Source: Phaeosaccion multiseriatum (taxonomy: Eukaryota > Protista > Ochrophyta, other classes). Taken from it: a stretch of DNA of 64,000 nucleotides. Every line of letters begins with the position of its first letter. The stretch's first letter is position 1. Positions 1 through 19,483 of this stretch are shown piece by piece. The position numbers and the translations under genes were made by a program. The notes under the pieces were generated by a model that ran no database searches, was not told where the DNA came from, and saw only the letters and a list, made by a program, of their open reading frames with translations. The stretch covers positions 682,001 through 746,000 of the forward strand of contig OZ218963.1 of assembly GCA_965112735.1 (NCBI GenBank). The letters run 5' to 3'.

Positions 1-446
<446 letters not shown>

Positions 447-450
447 CCAC

Positions 451-3400
451 CTGATCCTGTTCGTAGTCGGAGCGGACAACGTCACTGAGCACTCTCCGTG
501 GTTGCTCTCTTCTCTTCTCGAGCTTCTGCGCGTTCTCTAGACGAGCCACCTGAAACTCAAACCGATCAAGAAGGGAACGACGAGCAAGGGTGAATTCGTG
601 AGCAGTGGGGCTGAGAAAGACGTAACAACAAATTTACGCGGCGCGAAAAAAAAAAGAGCAAAAACGTTTCTCCCGCTTCCCATCCACCCCTCACCCACCC
701 ACCCACTCACTCACCCACCCACCCACCCCCCCCTCCTCCTCCTCCTCCTCCTCCTCCTCCTCCTCACCTTGTTGTTCCAAAGCCGTCCCTTCTTCGTATA
801 CTCTTTCGCCAAATCCTCCCACCGCTTTCGCAGTCCGTGCTTCCTCTTCCGCACCACCTTGGTCACCAGAGGCCGCATCAATCTATGTAACGCCTCCCTC
901 GCCCTCCACCCCGGGGACAGGAACGGCTCTTCATAAGCACCACAGATGGGCGACGCAGTAGCACCACCAACTGCTACCAAGCTCTCGTTTGGCAACAAGC
1001 TTGAGCTCTCACACTGCCTCTCGTCGTGCTGGTCGTGTTGGTAGTTTAACTGTGAAAGCTCAGCCTGTGCGGACGCCGCCGCCAGCCTGTTCTTCAGCAA
1101 CAGCCCTCTAACGTTGGCCATCCCTGTGCTCGTCAAGACGCTTACTCTGGGCCGTTTCTTACGGCGCTGCTGTATCACCAACTGCTGCTGCTGGTGCTGT
1201 TGCTGCTGCTCCAGCTGCTTGCCCTGCCCCTGCTCCCCGTTGGCGCCATCACCCCCGCCCCTCTTCTCGCCGCCATCGCCAGCCCCTGTTGCCGCCGCCG
1301 CCGCCGCCGCCGCCGCTGCCTCCTTCTCCTCGAAGCCTTCATCACCGCCCTCGGCCTCATGGACAGAATCGGTTAGCTCCAAGAAGTGGGGCAACAACAA
1401 CCCCAAGCCACCGCCGCTGTACACCCCAAGCTTTCCAAACTCCCTCTCCTCCTCCTCCCTTCGACACATTTCTCGATGGAGTTTCTCGGACCTCTCGACA
1501 CGGCGTACGACGGCTTCCAGATGGTCTGTTGTGTGTGCTAGTGCGACGCTGAGCTGTTCCACAGAAGGTAGGAGCAGTGAGCCCCCCCTTGCCTTCCCTC
1601 CCTTCCTCCCTCCCCCTTCCCTTCCCTCACCACTCTCCCCTCCCTTCCCACCATCTCCGTCATTACTCTTCATACTACTACTGCTCCTCTCCTCCTCCCC
1701 CTCCTTCTCCGCCTCCTCCTCCTCCTCCTCCTCCTCCTCGGTAAGGGCATGATCTCCTGCTCCCATCAAAGCCGTTTCGAGCCGAGAAGAATAGGCCCCC
1801 GGCAGGCGGCGCTTCCTGGACACCCCTCGGCAGAAGCGAATCACCGCTCCTGCGTCCTTGACGTCCTTGGGCGAAGTCATGAGGCTACTCACCGTTACAG
1901 CCTTCTGCCTCTTCCTTTCCCTTTCCAGTCTCTCCGCTTCCTCCGCTGCTTGCTCCGCTTCAAGCAGTGCTGCTTGTGCCGCTGCTCGCTCGGCCAGCTC
2001 TGCTTGCTCTACTCGCTCAGCTTCCCTCTTCCGCTGCTCCTCCACCCGCTTGTCCTCCTTCTCCTTCTCCTCCTTCTCCTTCTCCTCCTTCTCCTTCTCC
2101 TCCTTCTCCTCCCCTTCCTCCTCCTCCTCCTCCTCCTCCCTCCTCTTCCTCTTCCTCTTGACATCTTGTTGCTGTCCAGCGGTGGCCTTTGAAGGCTTTT
2201 CTTCGCCCACCGGTGGATTCTCCTTGGCGTCCCCTTCTTCCTCCTTCACCAAACCGTCCCCCTTTTTAGTACAATCCACGTCATCATTCTTGCTTACACC
2301 CAACCCCTCCTTGGCAGACTGCGTATGTGAAGCCACGTGGCTGCTTGCTTTACCACCTCGCCTTCCACTCATTGACCCCTTTCTCTCCATACGAACAGAG
2401 TCCAGGACGGAGGTCTCCTGCCTCCCTCCCTCCTTGCCGCCTTTCTTATCGTCGTCGATAACAGCACCGGTGGCTTGGGCCTGGGCCAGCCTCACAGGTG
2501 GCGCAGAACAAGGCGAAGGCACAGCATCCTCCCCTTCCTTCCCCGCGCTCAGCGGATTCAAACTCGAACTACTGCGCATCCTCTTCCGTCCCTTCCCTTT
2601 GCCCTTGCTCTTCATCTCAGGTGCTGCAGTTGGTGATACAGCAGAGGCAGCAGGGGGAGACGGCGATGAAGTAGAAGGGCCGCCTCCTTCCTCCTCTACA
2701 TCCATGGCCTCACAGTTGTCAACAGCGTCCTCATCCTCCCTTTCCTGCACATCGGAGAGGCTGGAAGCTTTCCGAGCAGAAACGCCGCTGCTCCCTTGGC
2801 CTTGCTCCTGCTGGTGCGGTTTCTGTAACCTTCCCTCCTTACCCCCCGCATCTTCCTCCGTAGCATCTCCAAACGAGTGCTCTCTCAGCTTCCTGCCCTT
2901 CTTAGCGGAGGACACGTTTGTGGCTTTCCCCGAGGGCACTTCCCCACCCCCTCCGTATGGTGGTGCGTCTCTTTCCTCGGCGGAGCTCGTACTCCGTGGG
3001 GTGCCATTTCCCCTCTGCTCCTCTGCAAGTTTGTTGAGTTTGGCCATGGCCTGATCGAGGAAGGGGCAGAGAGGGGGGGGAGGGGAGGAAGGGAGGGAGG
3101 GAGGGAGGGAGAGAGAGAGAGAGTGAGGGACAAAGAGCACCGTCAACAACAAGCAGAAGGACGAGGACACATGCGTGGGCGGTGCCGACCCTTGTACCAG
3201 TCCGTCTCCGTTCCTATGCCTCGACCTCTGTCATGTAGTATGCCTCCATCCATCCTCCCTCCTATAGGCCTCCATCCATCCTCCCTCCTATACGCCTCCA
3301 TCCATCCTCCCTCCTATATGCCTCCATCCACCCTTTTACTCCCACGTGGCACACCCACCTCACGAACGGCATTCTTCTTTTTCCTCTCTCGCTTTCGCCT

Positions 3401-6400
3401 CTCTTTGTCCTCCTTCCTCTCCAAGGCCGACATTCCGCCCTGCTGCTGGCTCTGGCTGCCCTCCTCCTTCTCCTCATCGTCATCGTCCCCACTGTATACG
3501 CCGTCCTCCCCCGCCTTGCTCAGGCTGCTGCTGAGGCGGCGATGGCGCCTGATGCCACCATCTTGCTCCGCGTCTCTGTCTTTGTCCTTGTCATCACTTG
3601 CTTGTGTTGTGTCCTGCTTTCTGCTGAGGGCAGAAGAAGAAGAGCGCGCTCGCTTCAAGCTTCCTCCCCTGTGCGCAGACGAAGGCGCGCCTCTGAGAGG
3701 AGGAGGGCACACGTCACACGAGAAATATAACGGTACGTAAGGCAAGGTACGGTAAAGATAAGATAAGATACGATAAGATGAGATAAGATGAGTCAAGGGA
3801 AGGTAAGGTAACAGAACCAAAAGTAAAAAGACTGTCCACACCCCCGCCCATCCCCCATCGATGGCTTTCCACACACCGCACACACGTACACACGCACGTA
3901 CACACGCACACACACACGCACGCACGCACGCACGCACGCACACACGCACGCACCTTCTCTCTTCTCCGCTCTGCATCTCTCCACTAACGCCGTCCCTCAC
4001 GCCCACCCTCCAAGGGTCTTGCCCAGCGGTGCCATCCAAGCTGGTATCTAAACTGGCATCCGCATCCTTGCTCTCCTTCTCCTTCACGCGTTGGTGGTCG
4101 CGGTGATGACTGTGCTGGTCAGCAGTCCCTCCTTCGCGGGGGGGAGTCCTCACAGGCGCTGTAGCGGGTGCAGTGGTAGTAGCAGCTTCCCCCCCCCCCT
4201 CGCTGCTGCTGCTTCTTCCGCCCGCGGCAGTAGTGGCAGACCCTGCTGTCTGTCGTCCCTCAGAATCAACCCCCTTGTTATCATTGGAAGCAGCGGAAGT
4301 AACAGCAGCACCACCACCATCCCCTGCTGGCGTATCACCAACTGCTGCAGCACTTGGTGACCCCAGCACTCCGCAGCTCAGCGACCGTCCCAGGCCCATA
4401 CCCCATCCGAGTCTGGGCCGAGAAGAATCCACACCTCCTGCCCCTCCGCCTGGGGTCCCATTCCCAGAAGCACATTCCACCGCCGCAGTAGAAGGCACAG
4501 AAGCATTTTCTGTAACAACCCTTTCTGTAACCGCCGACGAGCCAGCCCCATCTGTACCGCCTTTCGTGCCGCCGCCGTCGGTGCCTTCCCCCTCTTGCTT
4601 CCCACCCGCGGCACCGACACCGACAAGAGGCTTGGAGGATGAGGAGGAGGAGGAGGAGGATGACTCCCCTCCGCCCCCGATCCCCATGCCCCACCCTAAC
4701 CTTGGACGCCCTGAGCCCGAGCCATAAGTGGAAGAGAGTGAAGACGCGGAGCCCGAGCCGACACTGCGATGATTCATACCGGCACCTTCGCTGACGCCCC
4801 TTGTTGGTTGCCTGCTTTGGCTGTTGTCCGGCGGCCGGAAGAGGTCCCGGGGGAGGGGTGATAGAGTGCGTGGAGGATGGCCTGAAGTCCCATCTCCTCC
4901 TCCTCCTCCTCCTCCTCCTCCTTCCTCTACTTGAAATCCTTCGTCTTTCGTCGGAGTCGAGCTGCTTCCCAACGACCCTGCTGACTTGCTTCGAGACAAA
5001 CCTCCCCAAGGACGGTCGGGGTGGGCTGCCGCTCCCTTGGGTTCGGTCGAGGAGGGACGCGAAGACGAAGAAGTAGTACATGTCGATTGTGTTGCCTCCC
5101 CTCTCCCCCCCCCGCTGGACCCTCTTGGCGATGCCGTTGCTGTATCACCAACTGTATCACCAACTGTATCACCAACTGTATCACCAACTGCTGGCGAGCC
5201 CTCTCGTCCGTGCACCCCCCCTCTCTCGCCTGCGACTGCACTTGCACCACCGTCCGAGGGGTGTGATGCGGAGAACAACCCTCCCAAGCCGCTGGAAAAG
5301 GAGCTCTTGGATCCTTTTTCTGTAACCGCCGACTCTCCTGGCAGCAGCGCTACAGGCGTGCCCACCCGTTGCGGCTGCCTCAGCGCCACAGAAGCGCCCA
5401 CCTCCATGCCACCACCACCACCACCACCACCACCACCACCACCACTCCTGAGGGGCACCCTTTCCCTCGGGTGTTGGTCTCTCAAAGCTCGGTGCCTGCC
5501 ACCGTGCGAGTCCTTCAGTGAAGCAGTATCGACCGCAGCAGCCGCGCCGCCCACCCCTCCTCCTCCTCGGCGATAGCTGCCGGCCCAGGAAGCATGCTGC
5601 TCTGGCGCCGTCACCACTGCGCCCTCCTCCGCCGGAGAGGAAGGCGCCGTTCCTCCTACAGATGCCTGTCGCTGCTGATCCCTTTCTACCCACCGATCAG
5701 GCGTGCCATGCGGGGACTCCCGTCGATCTGGCGTACTACGCACCCCTCGTGCTCGGCCCCCTCCTCCTCCTCCTCCTCCTCCTCCTCCCTTCCTGCTGCT
5801 GCCGCCGCTCTCCATGGAGTCAAGAGAGTTTTCCCGCCTAAAGTCCGCCGCCCCCCCGTGTGGCTTTCGATCGCCGCCGTCGGACAATGTCTCCATGGAC
5901 CGATCAGAACCCCGATGCAGGCTTGTCCCTCCCCGGTGGGCAAGCAGGTGCATACCACCAACACCACCACCACCACCACCACCACCACCACCACGATCCC
6001 TACTACTGTCTCTCTCTCTGTCTCTCTCCCGGTCGGCGCCTCTGCTTCTCTCCCACTCTCTCTCTCTAGGCGAAGGGTGCTGCTGCTGCTGCTGCTGTCT
6101 CTGTTGATGATTGTTCATGTCTGCCAACCAATCGCTCTTGCTATCCCCACTCGCGCGTCGCCCCATCTCGTCCATCTCCCTAAGAGATGACTCTCTGTGA
6201 GAGTCCCGCCCCTCCCGACCACTGCCGCTGGACACGGATCCCGTCCTTCCTCCTCCTCCTCCTCCTCCTCCTCCAGTGAGGCCCATGCTACTTGACAGAG
6301 AGGAGTGCGTGTAACCTCCGCCTCCTCCTCTGTCGCTCCTTCGATCCATTCGTCGTTCCTCCCCCAGCTTTGCGTCCATTTCCCTACCACCACCACCACC

Positions 6401-7875
6401 ACCACCACCTCCTCCTCCTCCTCCTCCTCCTCCTAACCCCCCCCCCAAACTAGCTGACGCTGACCTACCTCGCATGCCCAATCCACCGCCTGGAAGGTTT
6501 GCCCCCCCTAGGCCACCCCCTCCACTCCCTCGCCGGTGGTAAGCCTCCCCCGCTCTCAGCACAACGGGTGGTGGTGGTGATCGCGAGACTCTCTCCTCCT
6601 TCCGAACCCCCCCCACCCCCTCAGTAGTACGTGTGACCCTGTCTGTCGCCCTATCCGTCAGTCTGTCCGTCAGTCTGTCTCGAATAAAGCTCCCTCCTCC
6701 TCCTCCTCCTCCTCCTCCTCCTCCTCCTGCCGACGGAGCGCTGTTGTCTCTGAAGTTCATTCTCTTGTCTCCTGTACTACTACCCCTAGAGTCACGATAG
6801 TTGTCGCCTCCTCCTCCTCCTCCTCCTCCTCGGAGGTCTCCACCGCCCGCTCGACTGCTGCCACTGCTGCCGCCGTAGTAATCAGCAGCTGACGACGCTC
6901 CCCCTGGCCCCCCAATACTCCCGCTGCTGCTACTCCCAATTCGTCGAAGGAGGGGTGGAGACTGAGTTCGCTCTCCTCCTCTGTCTCGAACACCTCGACT
7001 GCTGCTGTTTCTCTCACGAATCTCCCTCTGCCTGCTGTCCCCCCCCCCCCGATCTCGACCTGATTCCCCTCTGTCCCCCGGGTCTCTCTGTGGCGTCAGA
7101 AAGGGTTCCCGCCCGCCGCCGCCACCACCCAACCCTATCCCCCCGCGTGCCCCGCCCCGTGCGTGCATCAGTCTTTTTTGACGCTCGGCGTCTCTGCTCA
7201 TGTCGCCACCGCGAAAGTCTCGGCCTCCGCCCCTCCCTACTCCTCCTGCTCCTCCGTCTCTGTCCCTGTCCCTGTCTCTCATATCCCGTGGCTCTCCCCC
7301 ATTGAGACCAATCCGCTGATGCTTGCTTTGGCCAAGCTCTTGTTGCTGCTGTATCACCAACTGCTGTTGCTGCTGCTGCTGTTGTTGTTGTTGTTGTTGA
7401 GAGTCTCTACCGTGGTCGGAGTATCCCCCAGGGCCAGCATGCTCCCCCGCCTGCTGGTTGTTTTGTTCAATTAAAAGGAAGGGGGGGGGGGAAAGACAGA
7501 AGGATTAAAAACCATAGCCAAGCCAAAATGGATGCAAGCATGCCACACACGGAAGAAGCGACAGACAGACAGGTAGACAGGTAGACAGACAGGTACACAG
7601 ACAGGTAGACAGACAGGTAGACAGACAGACAGACAGACAGGTAGACAGACAGGCAGATACACAGACAGGTAGACAGACAGGTAGACAGACAGGTAGACAG
7701 ACAGGTAGACAGGTAGACAGGTAGACAGACAGGTAGACAGACAGGTAGACAGACACGTAGACAGACAGACAGACAGGTAGACAGACAGACAGGTAGACAG
7801 ACAGACAGGACAGGTAGACAGACAGACAGACAAGACAGACAGAGAGACAAGACGCGCACAAGGAGGGGACACCTC

Positions 7876-7909
<34 letters not shown>

Positions 7910-8444
7910 CGCCGCTACTCACCCAGTCTCTCCGGTTTCCTCCTCCTTGTCCCCAGGGAGCGCCCGCTCCCCCGCCTGCTCCTCCTCCTGCTAATCCTCC
8001 TCCTCGCCCCCTTCCTCTTCCCCCAGCACCTGCACCACCGCCGAAACGGCCACCGCCGCCTCTGCCGAAGCTTCCCTCTCGCCGTTGATATGACCGATAG
8101 GAAGAGGAGTCGTCACCGCGGAAGCTTCCCCCACCACCTCCTCCACCATTACAGTCGACATTACCAGCGCCCATGCCGGCGCTGCTGCTGCTGCCGCTGC
8201 TGCCCTTGGTCCCACCTTCGTTCGCCCCGCTGGATGCAGCAGTGGGGCTCACAAAGGCGGGTGCAGGGCTGCTACCGCTACTACTCGGATTGAATCGCGC
8301 GCCGCCTCCTCTTCCTCCCCCTCGCCCCCCCCCCCCCTCCTGAAGGTTGTCGTCGTCACAATGTGGTGAGCAAGAGGAAGAGGAAGGAGAAGAAGAAGAG
8401 GCGGCGGGGAAAGGTCGATAGCGCGCCTCGCCAACAGGAGGCAT
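451..8444 (-). CDS. N-CoR/SMRT-like corepressor, 3' end outside window. Exons ~8444-7923, ~7450-3954, 3692-3359, 3050-768, 549-451
   Basis: Junctions 3954/3692, 3359/3050 and 768/549 are phase-consistent GT-AG. The spliced peptide YEEPFLSPGW..HRLMRPLVTKVVRKRK..WEDLAKEY..WNNK|VARLEN..SDVVRSDYEQ resembles the N-CoR GPS2-interacting coiled coil (Y.QP..MRKKL..WEKKVDRIEN..ARSEHE) that precedes the SANT/DAD domain. The rest is low-complexity G/S/R/E. The start codon and the first junction are uncertain because the obvious sites give a phase mismatch. Confidence 0.65.
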
Positions 8445-9234
8445 GGAGAGCAATCGGTGCGTCCACCGTACTTGGCCCACGAGAGTCTTTACCACGGTTT
8501 CCACACATTTGTCGAGAGCATCCTCCTGCCCTAGACGTTGCTGGAGGAATGGGGGGCTTTTGCACCCGTCCTGTCCTCAGCGTCTACCCTCGGCTGCTGC
8601 TTCCATAAGGACTATATCCAAATGCCCAACGCCGCTACCACACTGCTGCTTCAATCCCAGTCAGAGAGTCGAGGACGAAGAGGGGAACCAAGCAGCGACA
8701 GTGGAGAAGAAAGAGGGGATTGTGAGACTCGAAGGGGGGAGAAGGGACAGAGCTCAAGCCACAAAGTCCTCTCCTCTCCTTGGTCAAAAGCACAACCGAT
8801 GGATCGTAGATAGGGCGGGGGGGAACGCCTTTGCTTGACCCTGTAACAGCCTTGAGCTCAGGATCGTCAGCAGCGTTACGTGGGGACACTGTACGCGGCT
8901 TTATACGTTGACAAGTCGTCCCCCTCTTTCCCTCCCCACTCCCCTCCCCAATCCCTCAGGCTGTGTGGGACGAAAGTCGCTGCCTCAGGCGTCAAAAAAA
9001 CTCTTCCCCTCCCTCTTTTTTCTCTGACGTCTTTTCACTCACATTCAGCTTAGATCCTGCACTCCGGAGGCCTTCGCAGAGCCCAGTGCGTTTGCTCTCT
9101 CTCTGCTATTTGCCTGGTAGACCCCCCCCCCCTGGGATCATTAGCTTCCAGGCCATCCCGACGCCGAAACACAAAAATTCTCCTCCCCCTCTTTCCTCTT
9201 TCCCCCAGCCCCCGCCCTCCCCCCGGTGGTCGCT
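8445..9234. promoter_or_regulatory. Putative shared bidirectional promoter/5'UTR region between the N-CoR-like gene and HDAC
   Basis: About 790 bp between divergent ATGs (8444 minus, 9235 plus), largely free of long microsatellites. Confidence 0.5.
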
Positions 9235-14449
<5,215 letters not shown>

Positions 14450-14713
14450 TCAGTCAGTCAGTCAAGAGTTCTACAAGTAGTCAGTCAGTCAAGTTTCGTA
14501 ACCAATCAATAGAGGAATGGAGGAGAGAGGAGAGAGGAGGGAGAGAAAAAACCAACTCACTCACTCACAGTTACGCAATTTCTGTACCCCTTGCCACATT
14601 TTCCAGTCATTCTCCTCCACCTCGCCAACCTGTGAAACCCGTTACAGAATTTCTCTTGTCCCTGCCTCTCGGGGGGAGTAACACACCTCCGATCCACCTC
14701 CCCTCGCGAGGGC

Positions 14714-15491
14714 ATGGTGCTTCCACTGCATGTGCCCAGTGTCATATTTAACTCTGGAAGTATTCGTGTCTCACTGTACGAGATCGTCTTGGAAAAAAGA
14801 GCATATTTCGCGGGAGATACGGTAAGGGAAGCCCCGGATTATTGTTGCACTTGTTCGCTGCTCGGTCACCCCCACCTCTCCCTCCCACTTCTCACCCTCC
14901 CCTATCCCCTGCCTTCGCGTCACTCCCCCCCTTCCCCTGCCTCTCTCCGCTCTAGCCCTCTCTCTTCTCCTCCTCCTTTCTTTCTCCTTCCCTCCGCCCC
15001 TTCTGACTGACCCCTTGCCTTTCACCTTGCACACGCCCTCTTCTCACTTCGTCAGAACTCACTAATGCCAGCCCATACGCTCTGATACACATGTCCTTAC
15101 CTTCGATACTCTCCTCCTCATGCCATACGCTCTAATAGTGGACAACGCCCTCCCTTCGATACTCTCCTACTCCTCCTCCTCCTCCTCCTCCTCCTCCTCC
15201 TCCTCCTCCTCCTCCTCCTCCTCCTCCTCCTCCTCCTCCTCCTCCTCCTGGATAGGTGAGCGGCACTCTGCGACTGTCGCTGGACAGCGCCCACGTGCCC
15301 GTCGAGGGGGGGACGGGAACAGGAGTAAGAGTCTCCCTGAAGCTTGAGGGGAAGAGCAATGAGTTTTATTGCAGCGGGGGGGGTTCGCAAGTCAAGAACT
15401 ATCACTACCATAACTCATTAGTGGAGGATGAAGTACAGGTGTGGCCTGAGCGTGGCACGGAAGATAGCAGCAGCGGGGGGCGTGGTGTCGC

Positions 15492-15542
<51 letters not shown>

Positions 15543-18455
15543 GAAGGAGGAGGAGGAGGAAGGTGCCCACAACGACAGCAAGGAGAATCCCCCCCAGCAG
15601 AAACAGCATCACTTGGAGTTGGATAACAAGTTTTCATTCAAGCTACCTCTCAGCCTCCCCTCAACGCGAGAGCCGTCCCAGGAGGACGGTCCAGAGAACT
15701 CAGTCACGAGTGCGCAGTACAACAACTACGTACGCTACAGCGTGCACAGCGCCGTGACCCTCGGTCCCACCACCAGTAGCAGCAGCAGCAGCAGCACCAC
15801 CACCACCACCACCACCACCACCACCACCACCACCACCGGTGGCACTGCCGGCTCGGGCACCACCAGCACTCTATCCAGAGGCCCAGTCTTACACTCGACA
15901 AGAGCCTTCTTCACAGTTGTCAAGCCAGTAGTGGCCGGGCTCTTCAGACAACCGCAGCTCCCCTTTACCCCGCAGGAAGTCTTTCATGTGTACCCACGGG
16001 TTCCATGTTTCCCATTTGTGTGGCTGCATGTGCCTCTGTGGTGCTTGGCCCCCCTGGAAGTGACGGTTTCGTGCAACTTGGACAAGGGAGGGTATTGCCC
16101 TGGTGAGGCCTTGTTTCTAAGGTCTGCCAGAGCTCACTTCAGCGACAGGTCTGAGGGTTATAGTGGCCGGGCCCCGCAGGGGGGTGGAGGGGGGGTGCTT
16201 AAGGTACAAGCAGCAGGGCAGGCAGATCGACCAGGGCAAGTAGGACAAGCACCACCACCACAACAAGGAGCAGCAGCAGCAGCAGCAGGAGGAGGAGGAG
16301 GAGGAGGAGGAGGAGGAGGAGGAGGAGGAGAGGAGGAGGAGGAGGAGGAGGAGGAGGAGGAGGAGGAGGAGGAGGAGGAGGAGGAGGAGGAGGAGGAGGA
16401 GGAGGGGGGGAACGAGGAGGAGGAGGAGGAGGAGGAGGAGCAGGAGGAGGAGGAGGAGGAGGAGAGAAACCAGCAGCTGCAGCAGGAGGAACAGATGGTG
16501 GTACAGCAGCGGGGGCAAAGTGGACAGTTTCATTGATCCAGCGACTCACCATAAGGCCGGAGAAGGTGCGCAACGTGTATCCGTATGCCTCTACCCTTGC
16601 TGGACTTGAGCCGAAAGCTCTTGCCCCCTCCCCTCCCGTCCCTCCCTCCCTCCCTCCCTCCCTCCCTCCCTCCCTCCCTCCCTCCCTCCCTCCCTCCCTC
16701 CCTCCCTCCCTCCCTCCCTCCCTCCCTCCCTCCCTCCCTCCCTCCCTCCCTCCCTCCCTCCCTCCCTCCCTCCCTCCCTCCCTCCCTCCCCTCCCCTCCC
16801 CTCCCCTCCCTCCCTCCCTCCCTCCCTCCCTCCCTCCCTCCCTCCCTCCCTCCCTCCCTCCCTCCCTCCCTCCCTCCCTCCCTCCCTCCCTCCCTCCCTC
16901 CCTCCCTCCCTCCCTCCCTCCCTCCCTCCCTCCCTCCCTCCCTCCCTCCCTCCCTCCCTCCCTCCCTCCCTCCCTCCCTCCCTCCCTCCCTCCCTCCCTC
17001 CCTCCCTCCCTCCCTCCCTCCCTCCCTCCCTCCCTCCCTCCCTCCCTCCCTCCCTCCCTCCCTCCCTCCCTCCCTCCCTCCCTCCCTCCCTCCCTCCCTC
17101 CCTCCCTCCCTCCCTCCCTCCCTCCCTCCCTCCCTCCCTCCCTCCCTCCCTCCCTCCCTTCCTTCCTCCCTTCCTCCCCTCCCTCCGCTCCCCTTCTCTC
17201 CCCTCCCCTTCCTCCCTCCTCCTCTCTCCCCCCTCTCTCCCCCCTCCCCTCCCCTCTCCTCCCTCCCCTCACGCTCCCCCTTTCCTCCCTCTCCATCTCT
17301 TCACTGTCTCTTTGTGCTCTCTCCCTCTCTCTTAGGTGGACATTATGGTAGCGAGCAACACCTTCCAAGGCAACGACGGCCGAACTTCTGCCATCCTCCG
17401 AGGCACTGAACCTGTGCTTATCATGCCCTCGCTCCCACCCGCTCAAAAGGGCCTCAGCGTGTTCGATTGGGAGTACTTCGTCCGAGTAGAGGTGGAGGTG
17501 CCGGACGCACACATTCCCTTCTTCAGTACTCAGGCTCCTGTTCTGCGCATACCGGTACAGGTGTGTGTGTTTGTGTGTTTGTGTGTGTATGTATGTGGTA
17601 TCTGTGTGTTTGTGTGCTGCTGTACCACCAACCGCTGTATCACCAACTATTGTACCACCAACTACTGTACCACCAACCGCTGTACCACTGTGGCAGGTGG
17701 CGTCCCTCCCGGAGGCCCTTTTCCCAATCAAGACTCGGCTGAAAAAGGCGGTGCATTTCACCAAACCGAGCGCTGACAACAAGACTGGGGCTGCCATGGC
17801 GGCAGCAGCAGGGGCAGTTGGTGATACAGCAGCACCAAGAACAGCGTGGGTGGAAAGGAGAGGAGCAGCAGCAGGAAGAAGAAGGTCGAGAAGTAGCAGT
17901 GGCAGGAGTAGTAGTACTGGTGCACGGAAACCCTCCGGTGGCAGCGGACGGCCGGGCTACGTCTCGCCCCTGCCAGCATCCCCGCCCACACCCGCATGGA
18001 ACGAGAGCGGAGTAGATCGGGAGAGCATTTACGCGAAGCCTCCGCCCTTGCTCGAGGCAGACCGTGTGTGTGTCCGGACGGAGTTATCCAAGGACGATGC
18101 GCACCCGCACAGCAGTCTCGAGTACACGCCATGCTACTTTGGCGCAGCAACAGCAGCAGCAGTTGGTGATACGGCAGCAGCAACAACAGCAGCAGTTGGT
18201 GATACGGCAGCAGCAGCAGCGGCAGCAGCAGCAGCAGCAGCAGTTGGTGATACAGCAGCAGTAGTTGGAGGAAGTACAGTAGCGGCCACTACACCCGACT
18301 CTGCCCCGGGCCGTGATGCTGGTCCAGCCAATGCCGCGGCTGTATCACCAACTGGTACTGCTGCTGTACCACCAACTGCTCGGCTTGGCTGGGCAGGGTC
18401 AGGGCTGGTGCGGGTGGCCCCGGAGGCACAAAAGCAAGATTTGATCAGGGCTTGA
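14714..18455 (+). CDS. Arrestin-fold (alpha-arrestin/Vps26-like) protein. Exons 14714-14821, 15256-16565 (apparent frameshift near 16330), 17336-17560, 17697-18455
   Basis: IVLEKRAYFAGDT|VSGTLRL, FSFKLPLSLPST, YVRYSVH, LDKGGYCPGEAL, SLIQRL, PSLPP..WEYFVRVEV..LRIPVQV match the arrestin N- and C-domain pattern. Junctions are GT-AG. Confidence 0.7.
16640..17160 (+). repeat. (CCCT)n tract in an arrestin intron
   Basis: Directly visible. Confidence 0.95.
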
Positions 18456-18497
18456 CCACCACTGGGGGAGGGCACTCAGAGAGAAGGAAAGAGGATT

Positions 18498-18498
18498 G

Positions 18499-18543
<45 letters not shown>

Positions 18544-18603
18544 AAATATATGATATGTATTTACATATCATATATATATATCATTTATATATATATATAT
18601 ATA
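18498..18603. repeat. (AT)n-rich tract between convergent gene 3' ends
   Basis: Directly visible. Lies between the stops at 18455 (+) and 18850 (-). Confidence 0.85.
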
Positions 18604-18711
18604 ATCTGGAGGTTTTGATTTTTGGTTAGGCTCACACAAGAGAATGAAAGAGTATCATCGTCTGTATGTCTGTATGAAAGTATGCATATATATTATATGA
18701 TCAATGACTAC

Positions 18712-18895
18712 TGGCCAAGCTGCTGTAAGGTCTAACTTGATTCATTCCTCTTTTTCTCTCTTGTTTGGCCAAGCTGCTGTAAGGTCTAACGTGATTCATT
18801 CCTCTTTTTCTCTCTTGTTTGGCCAAGCTGCTGTAAGGTCTAACTTGATTCATTCCTCTTTTTCTCTCTTGTTTGGCCAAGCTGCTGTAAGGTCT
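18712..18895. repeat. 54-bp tandem repeat (3 full copies plus a partial) overlapping the stop codon of the SOUL gene
   Basis: GGCCAAGCTGCTGTAAGGTCTA recurs at 18713, 18767, 18821 and 18875. Confidence 0.92.
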
Positions 18896-19441
18896 ATCCA
18901 CACCTCGTTACGACGGGTGGAGGCGCTGAAGATGGCGTTGTACTGCGCTACCGTCAAAACGGCGTCATTAGCTGCCGTTAAGCCGTCCCTCTTTAGCTCC
19001 TTGGCGAGCTGGGCGCTTCTATATCGGACATAGTCCTCTGTGGGGAGGAGGGGGTTGTGATGGTGGCGGAGGAGGAGGAGGAGGAGGAGGAGGAGGAGGA
19101 GGAGGAGGAGGAGGAGGAGGAGGAGGAGGAGGAGGAGGAGGAGGAGGAGGAGGAGGAGGAGGAGGAGGAGGAGGAGGAGGAGGAGGAGGAGGAGGAGGAG
19201 GAGGAGGAGGAGGAGGAGGAGGAGAAGGAGGAGGAGGGGAAGGAGGGGGAGGAGGAGGAGGAGGAGGAGGAGGAGGAGGAGGAGGAGGAGGAGGAGGAGG
19301 AGGCGTTAAACACGATAAGACAGAAGCAGGAAAGTGCAAAGGAGCGAAAAGAAAGGGAGAGGATTCGGCCAAAAACGCGTGTGTGCGTGGTGCGTGCGTC
19401 TCTCTCTCTCTGTGTGTGTGTGTGTTTGTGTGCTCACATCT

Positions 19442-19483
<42 letters not shown>

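Noticed and set aside
5141-5190. TATCACC similarity to the phage lambda operator half-site
   Set aside because: No operator dyad symmetry and no phage genes; a short coincidental match.
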